Below are positions 58,560 through 64,000 of a stretch of DNA of 64,000 nucleotides, piece by piece. The notes below the pieces were generated by a model. It was given only the letters and a program-made list of their open reading frames with translations, did no database searches and was not told where the DNA came from. The position numbers were made by a program, and so were the translations under genes. Each line of letters opens with the position of its first letter. Within the stretch, counting starts at the first letter, position 1. The stretch spans positions 7,551-71,550 of the forward strand of contig CALXMN010000001.1 of the NCBI GenBank assembly GCA_944389495.1. Direction: 5' to 3'. Source of the stretch: an uncultured Alphaproteobacteria bacterium. GTDB taxonomy: Bacteria > Pseudomonadota > Alphaproteobacteria > Rs-D84.

Positions 58560-60130
58560 TGGTAAAGTATTTAAATAATAATAATTCTGGATTTCAACAG
58601 TGGAATGCCGCGCGCGATTCTAATGTAAAGCGGTCGCGTTGGGCTGGTATTCTGTGGTGGTTTATATTATTTTTGGCGGCTTGGTGGGTGCTGTCTTGGT
58701 GGATGGGGCCGTCCGGGGTTAATACGGGTGCCGATGAAGTGAAATTGGAAACAATTGATGTATCGACGGTTCCTGTATCAGAAATAAAATCAGAAAATTT
58801 AACCGCCAAGGTCCAGGGATTACGCATATCGGACATAGAGTTGTTAAAATATGCATCCGATGCGTCGGATGACAATTCTGCGCCGGTTGTATTATTGGGA
58901 TCGGAAAATTCGTACGCGTTGGTTGGACTGATTGCGAACGGTACGGATGTTCCGGGACAAACAACGGTATGGAATCAAGATGGTGATATGTATACGTGGC
59001 GTAACTCTGATGGTTTGGAATTTCGTCGTGCTATTACGATTGATGGTTATGTAATATCGGTTGCGGATACAATTAATAATACAACGGCCGACGCAATATC
59101 TGTTGCGCCATACGCCGAAATTTTACGTGCGAACGATGCGGAATCATCGGCCGGCGTATATACGGGGGCGGTTGCATACGTTAATTCTGATCTGGAACGC
59201 GAAGATTGGGCACGTATTGCGGATAAATCGTTTGCATATTCTACGACAAACGGCTTTATCGGCTTTGTGGACCAGTATTGGGAAACAATTTTATCCGTGG
59301 CCAGTCCGGATCAAACAATGCGTGTACGTCCAGCGGGCAATATGTACCAGGTTGATACCGTGGCCGCACCGGTAACCATTGCATCCGGCGAAACCAAGAC
59401 AATAACGACAAATTTATATATGGGGCCGCGCGACCATCGTATTTTGCAATCTGCGGATGCCAAGATAACGGGCATAGATGAAACGGTTGATTATGGATGG
59501 TTCTGGTTTTTTGTACGCCCGATATTATGGTTGTTGCACGTGTTAAATTCAGTTGTGATGAATTATGGTGTTGCAATAATCATAATGACATTGCTGTTAC
59601 GTTTGGCAATGTGGCCATTGACGCGCAAATCGTATGTTTCGATGATGGCAATGCAAAAGATGCAGCCGGAAATGGCGCGCATTCAAAAACTGTACGCCAA
59701 TGACAAGGCGCGTATGCAAATGGAAATGATGCGCCTGTACCAGACGCATAAAACGTCACCGATGTCCGGATGTTTACCAATGCTGATCCAGATACCAATT
59801 TTCTTTGCATTGTACAAGGCGTTGTTAATTTCGGTCCAGATGCGCAGTGCACATTTTCTGTGGATTTCTGATTTGGCATCAATGGATCCGTATTTTATAT
59901 TACCGATATTGATGGGGTTAACGATGTGGTTGCAACAGCATTTACAAACCGCATCCACCGGCGTCCAGACAAACGATGCGGTGGCCCAAACGCAAAAGGT
60001 AATGAAATGGATGCCATTGATATTTACGGTAATGTTTGCGTGGATGCCGGCGGGATTGGTGTTGTATTGGACTGTGTCAAATATATTCGGTATTGGCCAA
60101 ATGTATTATATTAAAAAGTTGGGTAAATAA
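58559..60130 (+). CDS. yidC: Membrane protein insertase YidC
   Basis: VDYGWF, NYGVAII, GCLPMLIQIPIFFALY, WI.DL...DPYFILP, GLVLYW. Confidence 0.96.
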   Translation: MVKYLNNNNSGFQQWNAARDSNVKRSRWAGILWWFILFLAAWWVLSWWMGPSGVNTGADEVKLETIDVSTVPVSEIKSENLTAKVQGLRISDIELLKYASDASDDNSAPVVLLGSENSYALVGLIANGTDVPGQTTVWNQDGDMYTWRNSDGLEFRRAITIDGYVISVADTINNTTADAISVAPYAEILRANDAESSAGVYTGAVAYVNSDLEREDWARIADKSFAYSTTNGFIGFVDQYWETILSVASPDQTMRVRPAGNMYQVDTVAAPVTIASGETKTITTNLYMGPRDHRILQSADAKITGIDETVDYGWFWFFVRPILWLLHVLNSVVMNYGVAIIIMTLLLRLAMWPLTRKSYVSMMAMQKMQPEMARIQKLYANDKARMQMEMMRLYQTHKTSPMSGCLPMLIQIPIFFALYKALLISVQMRSAHFLWISDLASMDPYFILPILMGLTMWLQQHLQTASTGVQTNDAVAQTQKVMKWMPLIFTVMFAWMPAGLVLYWTVSNIFGIGQMYYIKKLGK

Positions 60131-60474
60131 ACACTGCATAACTTGTACAATCCGCGTGGCGTGAATGGTCGTGCGGATTGTATACCGATTGCATACTTGC
60201 AAAATTCCACACACGATGTACATTGTTGTCCATACTGTACCAGTTTTTTGGGTACCGTATGGTTTGATTTTATAAAACACCATCCGCGGGCCTGCATCAG
60301 TTCCAACGCGCGCCTGTTCAGTGCGATTGATGCAACATATCCGCGTTTAACAAATTGATACATAATAAAGTGATTTTGTGTTACGCGTATAATTGGGGCA
60401 CAATGTCGTGGTGCGCGGCAACATATCTGCGGCAGTAATTTTGATGTATTTTGGGCAAAGGCAATGATAATCAT
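60106..60474 (-). CDS. Hypothetical protein, possible permuted papain-like (H...C) fold
   Basis: RHCAP, SCVEFCKYAIG, TPRGLYK; ATG 60474 chosen as start. Confidence 0.55.
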   Translation of the reverse strand: MIIIAFAQNTSKLLPQICCRAPRHCAPIIRVTQNHFIMYQFVKRGYVASIALNRRALELMQARGWCFIKSNHTVPKKLVQYGQQCTSCVEFCKYAIGIQSARPFTPRGLYKLCSVYLPNFLI

Positions 60475-60538
60475 TTTATTTTCCGTGATTTGTTTACCCG
60501 AATTTATTTTAAAATTCGGGTAACAGGTTAATCTGATT

Positions 60539-60898
60539 TTATTCAATCCATCCGCGTTCTGATGCAGCATCTTCGATAATTTTCATTGCATCATTCCACA
60601 GCCCGGCGGCGCGATTTTCCGTCCAAATATATTGATGTGGCGCACGTCTGCGATCGCCGAATTTTTTCATCACATTCAAATGTGCATCAGACAATTTTCC
60701 ACAAAGATATAATTTGGTTATCAATGTTTCGACATCTAATACTTCGCACACACGTTTACGTGTTGGCGCGTGCCCACGTGCAAAGCCATTTTGAATTGAC
60801 TTGGAATATAAAAACCAGAACCACAGTTGTTCGGCGCTTTGAAATTTGTTTGCATTACAGATTACGTTTGATGCGTTTTGTGTATTCATTTTTCTCAT
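60539..60898 (-). CDS. Conserved hypothetical protein
   Basis: F.SAEQLWFWF...CE..D......LY...L...HL...FG pattern; AAAGGAG RBS. Confidence 0.65.
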   Translation of the reverse strand: MRKMNTQNASNVICNANKFQSAEQLWFWFLYSKSIQNGFARGHAPTRKRVCEVLDVETLITKLYLCGKLSDAHLNVMKKFGDRRRAPHQYIWTENRAAGLWNDAMKIIEDAASERGWIE

Positions 60899-61190
60899 CT
60901 CCTTTTTTTGTTATGTGGTATGGTTTTGATATATAACCAAAATATGCGAATCTGTAAAATGTTACAACCGTTGGTTGAAATGCATTTCAGAAATTCGATT
61001 CGTATTTGGTTTTTTATTTTTTGTTTGCGAATCGATTAATATGATTTTTTACCGATTTGCGAAAATAAAAATGCGCCACGTGGCGCATTTGTTAAAATAA
61101 AAATTTTTATTTATTATTAATATATTTTCCCCAATAAATTTTTCAATAGTTTAACAAAAAATCCCGCCATATTGACGGGACGTGGTTTAG

Positions 61191-63707
61191 TTACAGAATT
61201 GGCGGGAAACAATCGCCACCGGCCTCGGGACAGCAGTTAAATCCCTGTTCGCCCATATCTGTATATATTTCACCCGGACAGCATCCAAATTCATCGGGCA
61301 GTGCCCCCCCCTCGCACGTGATGACGGCCTCGGTCGTGGTTTCTTCTTCTGTGACAACCGGATTAAACGGATTTTGAATTACACCAGTATCATCGTATGT
61401 CAATCCCAACACTTCTTCATTATACGCCTGGTTTCCACTTATGCCGGTTAATCCTGTACCGGTATTGAATGACGAACCTTCGCCATAATTGGCCTGGAAC
61501 TGTTTTTGTTGGTCTTGATACAATGCATCCTGTTGTGCATTGCTGATGGCCTGGTAATTCATTGATTGACAATATGCCAATACGGTTCTGTAATCATATC
61601 CCGATGTCATAATATCGTTCATTCTGCTTTCATCAATATCCCATAAACCATCTTCGGTTTTATTTGTGCAAAATCCACTTAAATCAAATGAACGTACCTG
61701 GCCAATCCAAGAACTGTCACCATAATTTACGGTTGGTGTTGCATTTTTGCGCCAATCATCCTGGCGAACATTACGCTGTGCATCGGCGGCGGCCAATCCT
61801 GTGGCGGCCTGGACCTTGTTAACAGAGCATTCTTTATCATTTTGTCCGCACGTAATTACCAAATCCATTGGCGAATATACGGTTATGCGCGTACCTGCGG
61901 CAATGGAAAATGGCGGAATGGTATTATCCAACGCATCAACCAACAGTTTTTGTGCCACCTGGTTCCAGGCGGAAATAACCTCTTGCTTGGCCAATTCGGA
62001 TGAACGTACGGTTCCCGATTGTACAACGGTATTATTATCCAAATCAATTTGGTTAATAAAGGTATCTGCAATTGGTGCAATCATATTTACGGCGGCCGGA
62101 ACAATCGCGGTCAGCATAGGCATAACCAATTGTTCGACATAGTCGGTACTGCCGTGACCGGGCACACCCGCGCGTCCCTGGGAATCGCCTGAAAATGGTG
62201 CCGATGCCGTATTAAAGTTAAATTCAACACCACTGGGCAATACAAATTGATACCATTGAATTTGCATACGTCCGATTGATTTATATGGCCCTGGCAATTC
62301 GCCCGTGACATAACCCAACATTAATGTTCCCGTTGGGATTACAACCGTTCGTCCATCATCTGCATAAACATTACGATCAACCGTGGCACGCACCGGCAAT
62401 GTTTGTCCGGCACAATTTCCCGATGCGTCACACTTGTACAGCGAAGGATCGGCACGCACCTCGGACACTATTGTGGCGGGAATAGGTTTATACTGGCGCA
62501 ACACAAATCGTCTGTCAAATGGATCCGATGAAAAAACGGCTGTTCCACTGGTCCCAATTTTCACGTCTGGCACCGGCGCCGGTTTTAAATTTATACCTGG
62601 TTGCTTTGTGCTGTCTTGCGGAATTGATGCGGTGGCCAATTCTTCGGTTGTTAATTGATATGCCTTGTTCACACTGCGTTCAGTTGCCGGGTTTGATAAT
62701 TGGGGCAATGCGCCATTTTGAATTGTTGTATATCCAATATGTTCGGCATCTGTGCCGATTTTTTGTGCTGGGTTATTTATATCTGTAATAATTCCGTTAT
62801 CAGGATTATATGTTCCGGCCGGATTACTGCAGGTTGTATCAGAAAACGGATGGTAATAATATGCGCCACCACTTGGGCGAATCCATCCGCTTTGCACCCC
62901 CGACAGATTATATGCCGGCATTGCGAAATCAGAACACGCCTCGGGCGGCCGAACATATTCTGCATCTGTTATTGATGCGGTAACCTGGGATGGCGTGGTA
63001 ACGGGTTTCGCCGGTTTTGCAATGTCGCCCAAAATAAGGTCATCATCCGATGCCACCGCATTAATATCTTCTTTTATTTCCTGTTGTATTGGTGATGTGG
63101 GCGTCGTAACAGGCGCCGGTTCGGCAATCACATCCGATTTTTTATCAGGTTCTGTTTTTTGTTCTGGTTCCGGTTCTGCGACTGGGGCCGGCATTTCTGG
63201 CGCATTTGCCCCCAATACTATGACAATTTTTTCGGTATTTTTCATTATATCTGGTGCATCCGCGGCGCGCCAATCCACGTACAGTGCGGCGGCGTGCGCA
63301 TCTGTGGCAACCGTTGGTTTATAGGTCATATCAACCGAACACGATATTTCTTCATTAATTTGCCCCAACGTGGTACAGGTTTCATTTCTTGACAATCCAT
63401 CGGCATTATCTGAAATGCGTATATCCATAATTTTTACGGGCGCACTGGCGGATATTTTCAGTGTTTCATTTTCACTGTCACCGACGGTTACATTTGCCCA
63501 ATCGATTGTATCTGGGGTGATGTTCAACTTAATTGCAGCGTCATCAACATTTTCTATTTTTTCTTCTTCTTTGCGTGTCAACAACAGCGTTAACAGTATC
63601 AGCACCACCACAAACGCCGCCGCCAAAAACAGCCATTGAATATGCTTTGGCGTATTTTTACGTAAATCAGAAAATTGTTTTTTTAACTTGTTCATATTTA
63701 CCCACAA
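61191..63707 (-). CDS. VirB10/TrbI-like type IV secretion scaffold with Ig-like N-domain and Cys-rich tail
   Basis: N-terminal TM, Pro-rich linker, IPAT..SE...V.ATV.RNVY..DG..V.IP.GT...G, GD.QGRAG.PG, I.AGTRITV. Confidence 0.75.
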   Translation of the reverse strand: MWVNMNKLKKQFSDLRKNTPKHIQWLFLAAAFVVVLILLTLLLTRKEEEKIENVDDAAIKLNITPDTIDWANVTVGDSENETLKISASAPVKIMDIRISDNADGLSRNETCTTLGQINEEISCSVDMTYKPTVATDAHAAALYVDWRAADAPDIMKNTEKIVIVLGANAPEMPAPVAEPEPEQKTEPDKKSDVIAEPAPVTTPTSPIQQEIKEDINAVASDDDLILGDIAKPAKPVTTPSQVTASITDAEYVRPPEACSDFAMPAYNLSGVQSGWIRPSGGAYYYHPFSDTTCSNPAGTYNPDNGIITDINNPAQKIGTDAEHIGYTTIQNGALPQLSNPATERSVNKAYQLTTEELATASIPQDSTKQPGINLKPAPVPDVKIGTSGTAVFSSDPFDRRFVLRQYKPIPATIVSEVRADPSLYKCDASGNCAGQTLPVRATVDRNVYADDGRTVVIPTGTLMLGYVTGELPGPYKSIGRMQIQWYQFVLPSGVEFNFNTASAPFSGDSQGRAGVPGHGSTDYVEQLVMPMLTAIVPAAVNMIAPIADTFINQIDLDNNTVVQSGTVRSSELAKQEVISAWNQVAQKLLVDALDNTIPPFSIAAGTRITVYSPMDLVITCGQNDKECSVNKVQAATGLAAADAQRNVRQDDWRKNATPTVNYGDSSWIGQVRSFDLSGFCTNKTEDGLWDIDESRMNDIMTSGYDYRTVLAYCQSMNYQAISNAQQDALYQDQQKQFQANYGEGSSFNTGTGLTGISGNQAYNEEVLGLTYDDTGVIQNPFNPVVTEEETTTEAVITCEGGALPDEFGCCPGEIYTDMGEQGFNCCPEAGGDCFPPIL

Positions 63708-63715
63708 TAGCCAAC

Positions 63716-64000
63716 TTACTGAATTCTTACCACGTTACAGGCAACACCACTGAACTGCAGCAATTTGTTACACAATTCTTGTGCGGTTGTAACATCGGCC
63801 AGTGGTCCAATGCGCAGACGATATAGCCGTGCGGCCGAACCTTCGGACCCCAGATCCCCGACGCCCTGTTCATCCACTGCAAAGAAAACCATATCTTTGT
63901 ATTGTGTTAATATACCCTGGCCATCTTCGCCGCTGAACTTTGCCAACAAATTGGCCCAATAATCATCCAGTGCCTTGACCGATGTATCCGATTTCAGTTC
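63716..64000 (-). CDS. SPOR domain protein, C-terminal part (5' truncated by window)
   Basis: YRLRIGPL....AQELC..L...GV.C.V SPOR signature. Confidence 0.75.
   Translation of the reverse strand, partial: ELKSDTSVKALDDYWANLLAKFSGEDGQGILTQYKDMVFFAVDEQGVGDLGSEGSAARLYRLRIGPLADVTTAQELCNKLLQFSGVACNVVRIQ

Noticed and set aside
1-64000. CRISPR array, IS element, prophage, reverse transcriptase or DGR
   Set aside because: No regularly spaced repeats and no transposase, phage structural or RT motifs. Cassette divergence is not adenine-specific.

Overview
Gene-dense chromosomal segment of a small-genome Gram-negative bacterium, most likely an Alphaproteobacterium (GapR/DUF2312, alpha-type MerR and ComEC). 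A host-associated Rs-D84/'Enterousia'-like lineage is inferred from the many Cys-rich secreted orphans and is not proven. Housekeeping genes (ppdK end, rplU, rpmA, dnaQ, uvrD, rpmE, PBP1a, mraY-ftsW-murG, valS, rpmH, gyrA, def-fmt, truA, pyrG, pyk, recR, rsmA, lspA, yidC, tRNA-Glu, tRNA-Gln) are interleaved with lineage-specific envelope genes: five VirB6/TrbL-like paralogs, a VirB10-like fusion protein, large Cys-rich exported proteins and an RND operon with a degenerate proton relay. The most striking signal is a structured non-coding element present in three dispersed copies (4372-4547 minus, 19066-19296 minus, 31212-31388 plus). The copies show extensive compensatory base changes and an architecture like phage P1/P7 C4 antisense RNA with its a1/b1 targets, yet no phage genes are nearby. 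Two copies end in a terminator directly upstream of paralogous two-gene cassettes encoding small secreted Cys-rich proteins. The third copy has no cassette but exposes a loop complementary to the RBS shared by both cassettes. No CRISPR, transposase, integrase or rRNA was seen. All calls were made by eye, with no searches or folding programs run.
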